Shown here: one piece after another, positions 18,551-27,392 of the stretch
Layout: each line of letters begins with the position of its first letter
Position numbering within the stretch: the first letter of the stretch is position 1
From: an uncultured bacterium
GTDB lineage: Bacteria; Armatimonadota; HRBIN16
Direction of reading: 5' to 3'
Assembly (NCBI GenBank): GCA_964579145.1
Contig: CAZOGB010000012.1
Location: forward strand, 1,866-65,865
DNA length: 64,000 nucleotides
Position numbers and translations under genes: made by a program
The notes under the pieces: model-generated
The model's database searches: none
The model's input: only the letters and a program-made list of their open reading frames with translations
What the model was told of the DNA's origin: nothing

Positions 18551-18662
18551 ACCTTGCGATTGGAAATCGCAGGCTACACAGAACAAAACCTGCTGGAGCA
18601 GGTTAGCCTCCACAGGAGGCTTCGCTGTGAGTAGCCCGCAACTTCCAGTTGCAGGGTTGCCT
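18551..18662 (+). repeat. Dispersed structured intergenic repeat, copy A (full length, plus orientation)
   Basis: Shares more than 80% identity with elements at 26169-26232 and 42831-42950 (minus). Conserved hairpins: cttgcgatt-gga-aatcgcagg, agcctcc-aca-ggaggct, cccgcaact-tcc-agttgcaggg. The ends form TIR-like repeats, caaccttgc and gcagggttg. Confidence 0.7.
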
Positions 18663-18865
18663 TCAGCGGTTCAAAGAAGCTGCCGGATGTCTACCCTGTC
18701 CCAATTTTGGTTCTACTTTGTAAAACTGGTATGATTTGCAGGAAAAGACAGCGGCATAGCCGAATGTTCCATTAGCAACCGAACAGGTGGTACGCACCAC
18801 CTATCTTGCTGAGATGCCGGGACGCAGTAAGTAAGGTTGCCGAAAACCTTTGAAGGAGGCTCTTG

Positions 18866-19756
18866 ATGGCACTGACCGACCGGTGTGACATCTTTGGCAG
18901 CGTACATGAGGAAGGCATCAATCGTATTGTCCGCCACCTCATGCGACAGCGCCCTTCCCTGTTCAACTATGGCACGGCGTTCTTCCTGCGAAACCCCAAC
19001 CTGCTGTGCGAGCGCATTCAGGCGGCACCCGAAGTCCTGCGGGCACATGACCCACTGCTGAGCGTACAGGATCCTGTTCCCATACTGGGCACAGCAATCC
19101 CGCTGGGACTGAACTGGTGCCTGCAGTTCACCGACCTGCAGATTGACTTCCACCCCAGCAACGTCTTTCAACTGCCTCGCGAGCTGGGGAATCTGCCCGC
19201 CCAACGATTTGCCCTTCGTATGAGGGGTTGTTTCGGGCTGGACTGCCCCTCGGAGGAGTTCATTCGCGAAATCCTGCCGCAGGTCGAGGCAGAAGAAGTT
19301 GCCCAGCGCGGCAAAGAGGTCTTCGGCACAAAGGAGCGTCAACCAGCTGCCCCCGCGAGGGAACCTATCGTGTTCCCCACCAGGAAACTGCAGTGCCTGT
19401 GCGTGGAGCTGTTTGCCGTACTGCACTTCGAGCGGGGCACAATCCCCGGCAATCCCCAGCAGTGGCTGAAGCTGCGGCTGGATGGTCTGGAGATTGTAGA
19501 CCTCGGTCCCGCTCCGCTGGAGGAGATGGTGGAATGCTACATCAGGGCGGTGCTGAGGCTGGGTATCCTGCCGAGGCTCAGCATGCCCATCGAGGCGATG
19601 GTGCTGAACATCACCGAGCTGATGCGCAAGCAGGGACTGGCAATCGGCGAGACCATCACGCTTCAACCCACGCCTGTGCCCGTCGGTGTGCCCAACAACC
19701 CGGCTGTAGAAGACGACCGGCTGAAGGCGTTTATCAATCTGGTGGTGGAGGTATAA
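18866..19756 (+). CDS. Hypothetical protein, first gene of a three-gene cassette of unknown function
   Basis: 297 aa with no recognisable motif. RBS GAAGGAGG upstream. Followed by the next gene after 3 nt. Confidence 0.7.
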   Translation: MALTDRCDIFGSVHEEGINRIVRHLMRQRPSLFNYGTAFFLRNPNLLCERIQAAPEVLRAHDPLLSVQDPVPILGTAIPLGLNWCLQFTDLQIDFHPSNVFQLPRELGNLPAQRFALRMRGCFGLDCPSEEFIREILPQVEAEEVAQRGKEVFGTKERQPAAPAREPIVFPTRKLQCLCVELFAVLHFERGTIPGNPQQWLKLRLDGLEIVDLGPAPLEEMVECYIRAVLRLGILPRLSMPIEAMVLNITELMRKQGLAIGETITLQPTPVPVGVPNNPAVEDDRLKAFINLVVEV

Positions 19757-19759
19757 CCG

Positions 19760-20677
19760 ATGGCACACTTCACTCTCGCCGTTTCCGAAGGAACCTTCCG
19801 GCGTTCGTTCGACCTGCTGAAGCGCAATCTCCGCTTCTCCAAAGCCGATCAGGCGAGCTTCGGCATTTTCGTGGCAGGCTACGACGTGCGAGCGCATCTG
19901 GAAGGAGGAACGCTGGACCTGCGTGCGGATAACACTATCCGCGTGAAGGAGCTGGATATCCGCTGGGACCGCCTGCGTTTCACGCTGGGCATCAACATCC
20001 CCGAAATCTGCGTTGGAGGCGGATGCATCAACATGCCCTGGCCCATCCCGGACATCTGCCTGCCCAGGGTATGCGTGTTCAGCGGCAACCCGGATATCTC
20101 TATCTCGCCCGACCTGGCAGCCTTCGTGGCACAGGAGGTCAGCTTTACCGGAACGGTGGTTGCCCGTTACTTTGACGCCTCCGTTCCGCTACCCTCACCA
20201 GACCTGTGCGCGCCGATACGCATCGAACCCCTGCCGGACCACAATCAGTGGCACATCCACATCGGCCCGCAAACCATCGACGTCGACCTGTTTGATTTCC
20301 CGGACGTTGTGGGCAACCTGATAGAAAACACCCTCAGCAACGCCATTCGCGCGATAATCCCCGGTGGATTTGTGCGCGACATCATCCTCGCCATCATCGG
20401 AGGAATTGCGGATTTCATCCGGTTCCTGCTCGACATCCCCGATGAGATCGACGAGTGGCTGAGCGACCTGTTTAACGTCAGCTTCGGCTTACTGGACTTT
20501 ATCGGCACGCTGGTGCTGGACTTCTTCAGCACGTGCAACCCGATATACCGCATCGACGACCCATTTGAGCTCTTGCCCGCAAGCAACGGGCTGATTCCGG
20601 TTCGAATCCCACTGCGCAACCTGAGCGTCCGCGTCAACGACGCAGAGATGGTTGCGGAAGTAGATATAGGAGGCTAA
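19760..20677 (+). CDS. Hypothetical protein, second gene of the cassette (Cys/Pro/Ile-rich)
   Basis: 305 aa. CVGGGCINMPWPIPDICLPRVCVFSG cysteine cluster. RBS GGAGG 8 nt upstream. 2-nt gap to the next gene. Confidence 0.7.
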   Translation: MAHFTLAVSEGTFRRSFDLLKRNLRFSKADQASFGIFVAGYDVRAHLEGGTLDLRADNTIRVKELDIRWDRLRFTLGINIPEICVGGGCINMPWPIPDICLPRVCVFSGNPDISISPDLAAFVAQEVSFTGTVVARYFDASVPLPSPDLCAPIRIEPLPDHNQWHIHIGPQTIDVDLFDFPDVVGNLIENTLSNAIRAIIPGGFVRDIILAIIGGIADFIRFLLDIPDEIDEWLSDLFNVSFGLLDFIGTLVLDFFSTCNPIYRIDDPFELLPASNGLIPVRIPLRNLSVRVNDAEMVAEVDIGG

Positions 20678-20679
20678 CC

Positions 20680-21393
20680 ATGACAAGCCAAAAGGCGCTG
20701 TTGAACCGCCCCGTCTTTCGACTGAGGGCATTTGACAGCGGTAACCTGACGGTACTGACCACGCTTATCCATCGTTTCGCCGAAGCGGGTTCCTATGACC
20801 TCTTTGTCCGACGGGGTGAGCGCGTGGTACATCGCGCTACGGTAAACGTGGTGCGCGAGACAGGCGCCCCACATCAGATCGATGTGGATATGGCGGACCT
20901 GGGTTCCGCAGAGAAAGGCTGTGAATGCGGGAAGCGCGAGGGATATACCCTTCGTGAAGGAGGGGTGATGTGCTTCTTCGTATCGAGAGGCAATGCGCGC
21001 TTCAAGGTGTCCGTCCAGCAGATTGGCGCCAAAGAGAAACGAACTCTGCTGGACAGTGCGAACTCCATCCCGGCTGGCGACCTGTTCGCAGTTACCCTGG
21101 TGTTGCCCGGCGCATACCGTGTGGTGAACACCGAAAGCAAAGCGGAGATGACGGTGGAGGTAGAGATGCCGGCGGGACCATACCAGATGGACCAGCCCAC
21201 CATTGTGGAGATTGGGCGCACGGGCAGATTTGGCTCACGCCGCGTTAGCATTATGCTGGGGCAATCGGTGGTGTTTCGCTGCGGGACACAGGCACGCATC
21301 CAGCTGGAGCTGGTAAAACCGCACGACATCATCCAAAAACGCGAGCAGGAAAAAGGACAGTTCACTGTACGCAAGTCCGAGACCAGCGACTAG
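20680..21393 (+). CDS. Hypothetical beta-rich protein, third gene of the cassette
   Basis: 237 aa. RBS AGGAGG upstream. CECGKREG motif. No recognised family. Confidence 0.7.
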   Translation: MTSQKALLNRPVFRLRAFDSGNLTVLTTLIHRFAEAGSYDLFVRRGERVVHRATVNVVRETGAPHQIDVDMADLGSAEKGCECGKREGYTLREGGVMCFFVSRGNARFKVSVQQIGAKEKRTLLDSANSIPAGDLFAVTLVLPGAYRVVNTESKAEMTVEVEMPAGPYQMDQPTIVEIGRTGRFGSRRVSIMLGQSVVFRCGTQARIQLELVKPHDIIQKREQEKGQFTVRKSETSD

Positions 21394-21489
21394 CGCACCC
21401 CCAAGCCTCCTGTACTGCCCCTCTCAACGCCGAGAGGGGCGCTCTCTCAAAAGTTTTTTCGGAAAAATATCTGGAATTGCCCAAAAAGG

Positions 21490-21661
21490 CTTGTTTTGCC
21501 CGGCGTTTATGGTATACTACTATTGTTCGGTGTTCGTTGCACGCAACGGTTCGGTTCCGGGGTCCGTAAGCCTCATGTGAGGAGACCGCGTTCGAGCCTG
21601 CCGGCAGCACCGTAACAGAAAAATCCGGGAGGCGACGCGCTTCCCAGCATGAGGTTAAAAA
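21490..21661 (+). promoter_or_regulatory. Promoter (TTGTTT, 17 bp spacer, TGgTATACT) and structured 5' UTR of the RRM gene with a potential anti-SD pairing
   Basis: Extended -10 tatggTATACT. gcctcatg (21572-21579) is the exact reverse complement of catgaggt (21641-21648), and the latter contains the SD GAGG. Confidence 0.4.
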
Positions 21662-21967
21662 ATGCCAGAAACCACTTCTTTGTTCGTAGGAAACCTGTCC
21701 TACGCCACCACCGCAGAGCAACTGCGTGAGCTGTTCTCCCCGTGGGGTCCCGTGGAGGATGCCCGTGTCGTTGAGGGACGCGGCTTCGGCTTCGTGGACA
21801 TCCCCACCGAGAACATGCAGGCGGCTATCGACGCCACCAACGGTCAGGTGTTCATGGGCAGAACCATCACCGTGAACCAGGCTCGTCCCCGCACCGAGCG
21901 GCGTGAGGGCGGCTTCCGCAGCGACCGCGGCGGCTACGGCTCCGGGCGACGCGACCGACGCTGGTAA
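21662..21967 (+). CDS. RRM-domain RNA-binding protein with a Gly/Arg-rich tail (cyanobacterial Rbp-like)
   Basis: RNP2-like LFVGNLSY and RNP1-like RGFGFVDI. C-terminal RGG/GYG repeats. Confidence 0.85.
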   Translation: MPETTSLFVGNLSYATTAEQLRELFSPWGPVEDARVVEGRGFGFVDIPTENMQAAIDATNGQVFMGRTITVNQARPRTERREGGFRSDRGGYGSGRRDRRW

Positions 21968-21990
21968 GCCCGAACCACAAATGAGGTGCA

Positions 21991-22027
21991 ACGGCACGCT
22001 GAACGGCGTGCCGTTTGCGTTTATTTG
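21991..22027. terminator. Intrinsic, bidirectional-type terminator between the RRM gene and mutS2
   Basis: 9-bp stem acggcacgc/gcgtgccgt with loop tgaacg, followed by a ttgcgtttatttg T-rich tract. Confidence 0.6.
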
Positions 22028-24351
22028 AAGGTCACAATTGTAACCCCATCGCCACCCTCGGCAGGGCTTGCTCCCCGATAGGAACGCACTAACGGATGGG
22101 TTTTCAGATACTCGCGCACCGCCTGTCTCAGCACGCCCGTGCCCTTGCCGTGAATCACCCGCACCTGCTCCAGCCCCGCGGTGTACGCATCGTGCAGGTA
22201 CTGGTCCAGGTTCGCGAGCGCCTCGTCCACCCTCTGCATCCGAAGCATAATCTCCGACGAAACCCGCATCGCACCCCGCAGGTTCACCGGCACCGAAACC
22301 GCAGGGGCGGCGGCTGGGCGTGCCGTCTCCACTCGGCGCAGGACGTCACGAGGCACGGTGACGCGGATGGCTCCTGCCTGTACCATCGCTTCCTTGTCGG
22401 TCAGCTGGAGCACCGTGCCGGTGACGTTCATGGTGGTGACTTTCACGGTGTCGCCCTCACGGATTTCCTCTGGAGCGGAGGCAGGAGCAGAAGGCGCAAG
22501 CAGTTTCTTCATCTCCTCGGCAGATTGGCGTATCTGCTGGCGTGCTTCCTGTGCCGCGCGGTTCTCACGAGGCTGTTCGCGAAGGCGACGGTATGCCTCC
22601 TCTGCCTGCTGCACAAGCTCCCGCAGGCGTGCCTGCACCTCCTGGGCGACCTCCTCGCGCACGCGCTGACGCTCTTCTTCCAACTTTGCCATCTGCTGGT
22701 TCAGGCGTTTGCGTAGTTCCTGCGCCTCGCGTCGCTCCTGTTCGGCGGCGGCACGTGCCTCCTCTACCGCACGCTGTTCTTCCTCCAGCCGGCGCATGAT
22801 GCTGGCAGACTCGGTTTCGCGCCCGGCGAGGCGCGCCTGAGCGGTCTCTATCACCGTCTGCGGTAATCCCAGCCTCTGGGCAATCACAATCGCATGGCTG
22901 GAACCGGGCGTGCCGATACGCAGGTGATAGGTTGGGCGCAGGGTTTGTACGTCAAACTCCACCGAGGCGTTCTGTACCCCCTGCCGGGCGTAGGCATAGC
23001 TTTTCAACTCGCCGTAATGGGTGGTCGCCATCACGCGCGAACGGCGGGCAAGCAGGTAGTCCAGTATCGCCTGCGCCAGCGCTGCGCCCTCCGCCGGGTC
23101 GGTTCCTGCGCCCAGCTCGTCCAGCAGTACCAGTGTGTGTTCATCACAGTGGGACAACATCTCCGCGATGTTGGTGATATGCCCAGAGAAGGTGGAGAGC
23201 GACTGTTCAATGCTCTGCTCGTCCCCGATGTCGGCGAAAATCTTCTGGAACACCGCCATCTCGGTGCCCGAATCCGCCGGCACATGCAGTCCCGACTGCA
23301 TCATCAGCGTCAGCAAGCCCACCGTTTTGAGCGTGACTGTTTTTCCGCCCGTGTTGGGTCCGGTAATGAGCAGAATACGGAAACGGTCGCCCAGCTCCAC
23401 GTCAATGGGCACTACGGGCGGCTTGAGCAGAGGATGGCGTGCCTTGCGCAGGCGGATTTTGCCCTGTGTGTTCAGCCCCGGTTCAATGGCGTCCCATTCC
23501 ACGCTGAGGCGGGCACGCGCGTCGATGAAGTCCAGCTCGCCCAGCGCATCGCAGGTCAGCAGAGTAGCATCGGCATGTTTGCCCACCTGTGCGCTCAGCT
23601 CCGCCAGAATGCGCTCTATCTCGTTTTGTTCGGCAATCTGCGCCTCGCGAATCTGGTTACCGAGGTCCACTACCTCCTGCGGCTCCATGAAGAGGGTTGC
23701 CCCCGATGCGCTCACGTCGTGCACAATGCCCCCGAACTGGGCGCGGTATTCCGCCTTCACAGGCAGGCAATAGCGGTCGCCGCGCATGGTGATGACCGGC
23801 TCCTGAAGCATGTTGCGCACGCGCGAGGAGTTCAGCGTGGCTTGCAGGCGTTCGGTGATACGCGCATGCAGCTGGCGCAACCGCTGGCGAATGCGGGCGA
23901 GATCGGGGCTGGCGCTGTCGGCAACGGTGGCGTCCTCACGCAGACAACGCCGGATTTCACCCACCACGTCGGGCAGAGGCTCCATCTGCCGCGCCAGCAC
24001 GCACAGCGCAGGACAGCGTTCCTCCCGGGCCAGAAGGAACTGACGCATACGCCTGGCGGTCTCCAGCGTATCGGCAATGGATAACAGGCTTTCGGACGTT
24101 AATACACCGCCTGCCCGTGCCAGTGACACCGCCGAGCGCACATCCTGCGCCCCCCGCAGGGACATCGGCTCGGCGAGGTCTACCAGCCGGCGTGCTTCCG
24201 AGGTCTGCTGGAGGCGAAGGCGGACCGTTTCGACATCGGTTAGCGGCGTCATCTGGCGCGCTCGCTCCGCGCCCAAAGGCGTGGTGCAGTGTGCCGCCAG
24301 CTTTTGCCGGATAGCATCGTACTCCAGAACTCTAAGTGTGTGCGCGTTCAT
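22021..24351 (-). CDS. mutS2: Endonuclease MutS2 (MutS ATPase core plus C-terminal Smr domain)
   Basis: Walker A GPNTGGKTVTLKT. C-terminal Smr block VRVIHGKGTGVLRQAVREYL. 776 aa. Confidence 0.9.
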   Translation of the reverse strand: MNAHTLRVLEYDAIRQKLAAHCTTPLGAERARQMTPLTDVETVRLRLQQTSEARRLVDLAEPMSLRGAQDVRSAVSLARAGGVLTSESLLSIADTLETARRMRQFLLAREERCPALCVLARQMEPLPDVVGEIRRCLREDATVADSASPDLARIRQRLRQLHARITERLQATLNSSRVRNMLQEPVITMRGDRYCLPVKAEYRAQFGGIVHDVSASGATLFMEPQEVVDLGNQIREAQIAEQNEIERILAELSAQVGKHADATLLTCDALGELDFIDARARLSVEWDAIEPGLNTQGKIRLRKARHPLLKPPVVPIDVELGDRFRILLITGPNTGGKTVTLKTVGLLTLMMQSGLHVPADSGTEMAVFQKIFADIGDEQSIEQSLSTFSGHITNIAEMLSHCDEHTLVLLDELGAGTDPAEGAALAQAILDYLLARRSRVMATTHYGELKSYAYARQGVQNASVEFDVQTLRPTYHLRIGTPGSSHAIVIAQRLGLPQTVIETAQARLAGRETESASIMRRLEEEQRAVEEARAAAEQERREAQELRKRLNQQMAKLEEERQRVREEVAQEVQARLRELVQQAEEAYRRLREQPRENRAAQEARQQIRQSAEEMKKLLAPSAPASAPEEIREGDTVKVTTMNVTGTVLQLTDKEAMVQAGAIRVTVPRDVLRRVETARPAAAPAVSVPVNLRGAMRVSSEIMLRMQRVDEALANLDQYLHDAYTAGLEQVRVIHGKGTGVLRQAVREYLKTHPLVRSYRGASPAEGGDGVTIVTFK

Positions 24352-24523
24352 TCCATCCGGTATTGTATCCCAAATCTGCGCTGATGCGAAAGCTGCTGCT
24401 TGCTCTGGTTATGCCCTTCAATCAAGGGCTGTTCTTCCGATAATGAAAGCAGGGCTGACTTGGCTGGGTGTGATAGCAGTATGTGGCTATGAGAAATAAC
24501 AAGTACGTTCATCGGGGGTAGCA

Positions 24524-26161
24524 ATGAGGCGACAACAGATTGGACAGATTCTGCTCGATCTGGGCTACATCACACGGGAACAGTTGGTCGATGCGGTAAT
24601 GGTGCAGAAAAACACCGGCAAACGCATCGGAGACATCCTCCTGCAGCTGGGATATCTGAACGGCGAGCAGCTGGCGGAGGCGCTGGCGATACAGGCTGGG
24701 GTGGAGTTCGTGCCCGTGAAGATTGAGCAGATACAGCCCGAGGCGCTGGCATTGCTGGACCCCACCGTCGCACGTGGACTGCAAGCCCTGCCCCTGTGGA
24801 TTCGCGACGGCAAGCTGTACATCGCGCTGGCAGACATTCACGACACGACCGCCCAGCGCGAACTCGCGCGGCTGGTCAACATGCCGATAGCGGTAGTTTC
24901 TGCGAGCACGGACGCCGTGCAGGCTGGTATCCGCTTCTATTATCCCAAAGATGCGGCTGACTGGCAAAGCGCGGCGCAGGAACCCTGCGTGTACGCCTTC
25001 TTACAGCGACTGTTTGAAATGGCAGGCGGTGACGACGCTCGCCCGTTGCAGATGGAACCGCATGACGCGCTGTACTATCGCGTTTGCCGGCGTACGGGTG
25101 GAGCGATGGATCTGATTGAGACCGTCTCGCGCCCCTTTGCGCGGGTCAGCATCTACGCGCTCAAACGCATGGCAGGTTTCCAGGAGAACGATAGCCCCTA
25201 CGTCTCTGCAACCATCCGCTTCGCGCGACCAGCGGAGGAAACGTCGGTTCGCGTCTCCTGCCTCCAGACCGTTCAGGGCGAGCGGGTTGTGCTGAAGATA
25301 GCGAACAGGCAGATCCCTCAACTCCAGAATTATGAGGTCGTGCTGACTTCGGAAGGGGACAGGCTATTGCAGAAGTGGATACAGGCCCGGCAGGGGTTAA
25401 TTCTGATATCCAGCAACAGCTGGAAGCCGCGCAGTCAGTTCATCCTGCAGGCTATCGACTCGTATGCCCAGCAGGGTTACAGTACACTGGTGCTGACGCG
25501 CTCACCGCTCAACGCACCCGAAGGTGTGTTTGTGGTTCCGCTGGAGTATGAGTCCCCCGGCAGAGCTTTTCAGCAGGTGGTGGTTGCCCTCCAGCAGGAG
25601 CCGGATATTCTGGTGCTAGATGCGCCGGCGGGCTGGGAGCATCTGCAGTTGCTGGCATCCTCGAATAACGTCCACACCTTTATCCTGCTGTCCATACACG
25701 CAGAGAGCGCCGCGGATGCTCTTGCGCAGGTGGCATCCCAGCAAGTGGCACCGGTGCTCTTCGCCGAGGTACTCCGGGGCGTGGTGCATCTCTACAACCT
25801 GCCGCGCCTGTGTGCGCATTGCAAGACCGCCCGCCCCGTCGAAGGTGAAATCGTGGAACGGCTGGGTGTGTCTTCCGAAACGGTATACGATGCCGCCGGC
25901 TGTGCTCAATGTCGGTTCACAGGACATGCTGGAGTAACGACTGTCGCCCAGGTACTGCCGGCGGAACAGCCCCTGCTGGAGGCTCTGCGCCATGGCAGGA
26001 TCTCCGAAGCGGTGCAGGTGCTCAGGCAATCGGGCGAGGCTGTCTTGAGGGAAGCTCTGCGGCAGGCGGTGATGCAGGGGGCAACCTCTGTGGAGTACGC
26101 TGTGGAGACCCTCTCCGCCTCGCAGGGTTCAGACCTGCGCACGTACCTCCGGGCAGCGTGA
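24524..26161 (+). CDS. GspE/PilB-like protein with tandem MshEN c-di-GMP-binding motifs and a degenerate Walker A (probable pseudo-ATPase)
   Basis: Two MshEN-type repeats, IGQILLDLGYITREQLVDAVMVQ and IGDILLQLGYLNGEQLAEALAIQ. The GspE Walker A position reads SNSWKPRSQ instead of GPTGSGKST. The C-terminal tetracysteine CAHC...CAQC typical of GspE is retained. Confidence 0.6.
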   Translation: MRRQQIGQILLDLGYITREQLVDAVMVQKNTGKRIGDILLQLGYLNGEQLAEALAIQAGVEFVPVKIEQIQPEALALLDPTVARGLQALPLWIRDGKLYIALADIHDTTAQRELARLVNMPIAVVSASTDAVQAGIRFYYPKDAADWQSAAQEPCVYAFLQRLFEMAGGDDARPLQMEPHDALYYRVCRRTGGAMDLIETVSRPFARVSIYALKRMAGFQENDSPYVSATIRFARPAEETSVRVSCLQTVQGERVVLKIANRQIPQLQNYEVVLTSEGDRLLQKWIQARQGLILISSNSWKPRSQFILQAIDSYAQQGYSTLVLTRSPLNAPEGVFVVPLEYESPGRAFQQVVVALQQEPDILVLDAPAGWEHLQLLASSNNVHTFILLSIHAESAADALAQVASQQVAPVLFAEVLRGVVHLYNLPRLCAHCKTARPVEGEIVERLGVSSETVYDAAGCAQCRFTGHAGVTTVAQVLPAEQPLLEALRHGRISEAVQVLRQSGEAVLREALRQAVMQGATSVEYAVETLSASQGSDLRTYLRAA

Positions 26162-26168
26162 AGAAAGA

Positions 26169-26272
26169 CAGGTTCAGCCTCCGCAGGAGGCTTTGTCATG
26201 GGTAGCCCGCAACTTTCAGCTGCAGGGATGCCTGCCGACTTGCAACTCGGCGGTTGCCTGCGAACCCGTATT
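26169..26272 (+). repeat. Dispersed structured intergenic repeat, copy B (5'-truncated, with a rearranged 3' tail)
   Basis: caggttcagcctccgcaggaggctttgtcatgggtagcccgcaactttcagctgcagggatgcct aligns to copies A and C. The 3' tail ggttgcctgcgaac resembles an inverted fragment of the element's 5' hairpin. Confidence 0.65.
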
Positions 26273-26450
26273 GTGTTATACTCAAGCTAACACACAGAAG
26301 GTTTAGTGTCAACTGCCTCCCCAGAACACGAACCTACGCTGACTGTGTGCGTTCTAACAGTAAACAAGCTATATAAACTGAGCCAAACTTATGAGCAAAA
26401 CGTAGCTGTTATCCGTGCCAGGACGTCAATAAACTGGAGGAGGGTTGCAC

Positions 26451-27389
26451 ATGAACCGGCGAGAGATGTTTCAATGGTTGGGACTGGCAGGGATGGCGGT
26501 GGTTGCCGGTTGCTCCGGGCGAGGGGCAAGGCAGTCGAAAACGACGCAGAAACCGCTGGATACCGCCAGAGCGGAACACCTGAAGAAGGTGCAGAACATT
26601 GTGGCGATTGCTTCGCAGGGCAGTGTGCGTGAGATGGTGGAGCGCGCTCTGCGCCCGTTGGGTGGCATTGAGAAGTTCGTGCGCCCGGGCGATACCGTGG
26701 TGCTGAAGCCCAACGCCGCGTGGCTCAGAACCCCCGAGCAGGCTGCCAACACCAACCCCGAAGTGGTGGCTGCGGTAATTGACCTGTGCCAGAAAGCCGG
26801 AGCGAAACGCATCCTGATTGTCGAACACACCTGCGATAATCCCGCAACCGTCTGCTTCGAGATGAGCGGTATTCGAAAGGTAGCCGACGCGGCAGGGGCG
26901 GTTATCGTCAACGCCAACGCGGAAGGGATGTATCGCCCCGTCAGCATTCCGGGAGCAAAGGTGCTTGCGCAGACGCAGGTGGTGCGCGACGTGCTGGAGG
27001 CGGACTGCTTTATCAACCTGCCTGTCGCCAAAGACCACAGCGCCACACGGGTCACGCTGGGCTTGAAGAACCTGATGGGCGTGGTGTGGGACCGTCAGGC
27101 GTGGCACGTGCAGGGCGTGCATCAGTGCATCGGGGACTTCGTGCTGGCGGTAAAGCCGCACCTGACCATCATTGATGCCACACGCATTCTGGCAACGAAG
27201 GGTCCCAAAGGTCCGGGTGAGGTCAAACACCTCAACCAGATTATCGCTGGAGTAGACCCGGTGGCAGCCGATGCGTTTGCCACCACCCTGTTCGGTTTGA
27301 TGCCAGACGACATCGGTTACATCATGCATGCTCACAGGCTGGGGGTGGGCGAAGCCCGTCTGAACAGGCTGAACATCACGAGGGTATAG
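26451..27389 (+). CDS. DUF362-family protein, exported lipoprotein with a Tat-like signal
   Basis: N-terminus MNRREMFQWLGLAGMAVVAGCSG has a Tat-like RR motif plus a VAGC lipobox. VLKPN and KDHS blocks are shared with the paralog at 29013. ATG at 26451 is preceded by GGAGGAGG. Confidence 0.55.
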   Translation: MNRREMFQWLGLAGMAVVAGCSGRGARQSKTTQKPLDTARAEHLKKVQNIVAIASQGSVREMVERALRPLGGIEKFVRPGDTVVLKPNAAWLRTPEQAANTNPEVVAAVIDLCQKAGAKRILIVEHTCDNPATVCFEMSGIRKVADAAGAVIVNANAEGMYRPVSIPGAKVLAQTQVVRDVLEADCFINLPVAKDHSATRVTLGLKNLMGVVWDRQAWHVQGVHQCIGDFVLAVKPHLTIIDATRILATKGPKGPGEVKHLNQIIAGVDPVAADAFATTLFGLMPDDIGYIMHAHRLGVGEARLNRLNITRV

Positions 27390-27392
27390 CCG

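Noticed and set aside
18713-19897. 394-aa ORF on the minus strand overlapping the three-gene cassette
   Set aside because: It has no RBS and a low-complexity translation. The plus-strand genes have strong SDs and tight coupling, so this is a GC-driven antisense ORF.
22894-24084. 396-aa plus-strand ORF
   Set aside because: It lies antisense within mutS2, which carries Walker A and Smr motifs, so it is spurious.
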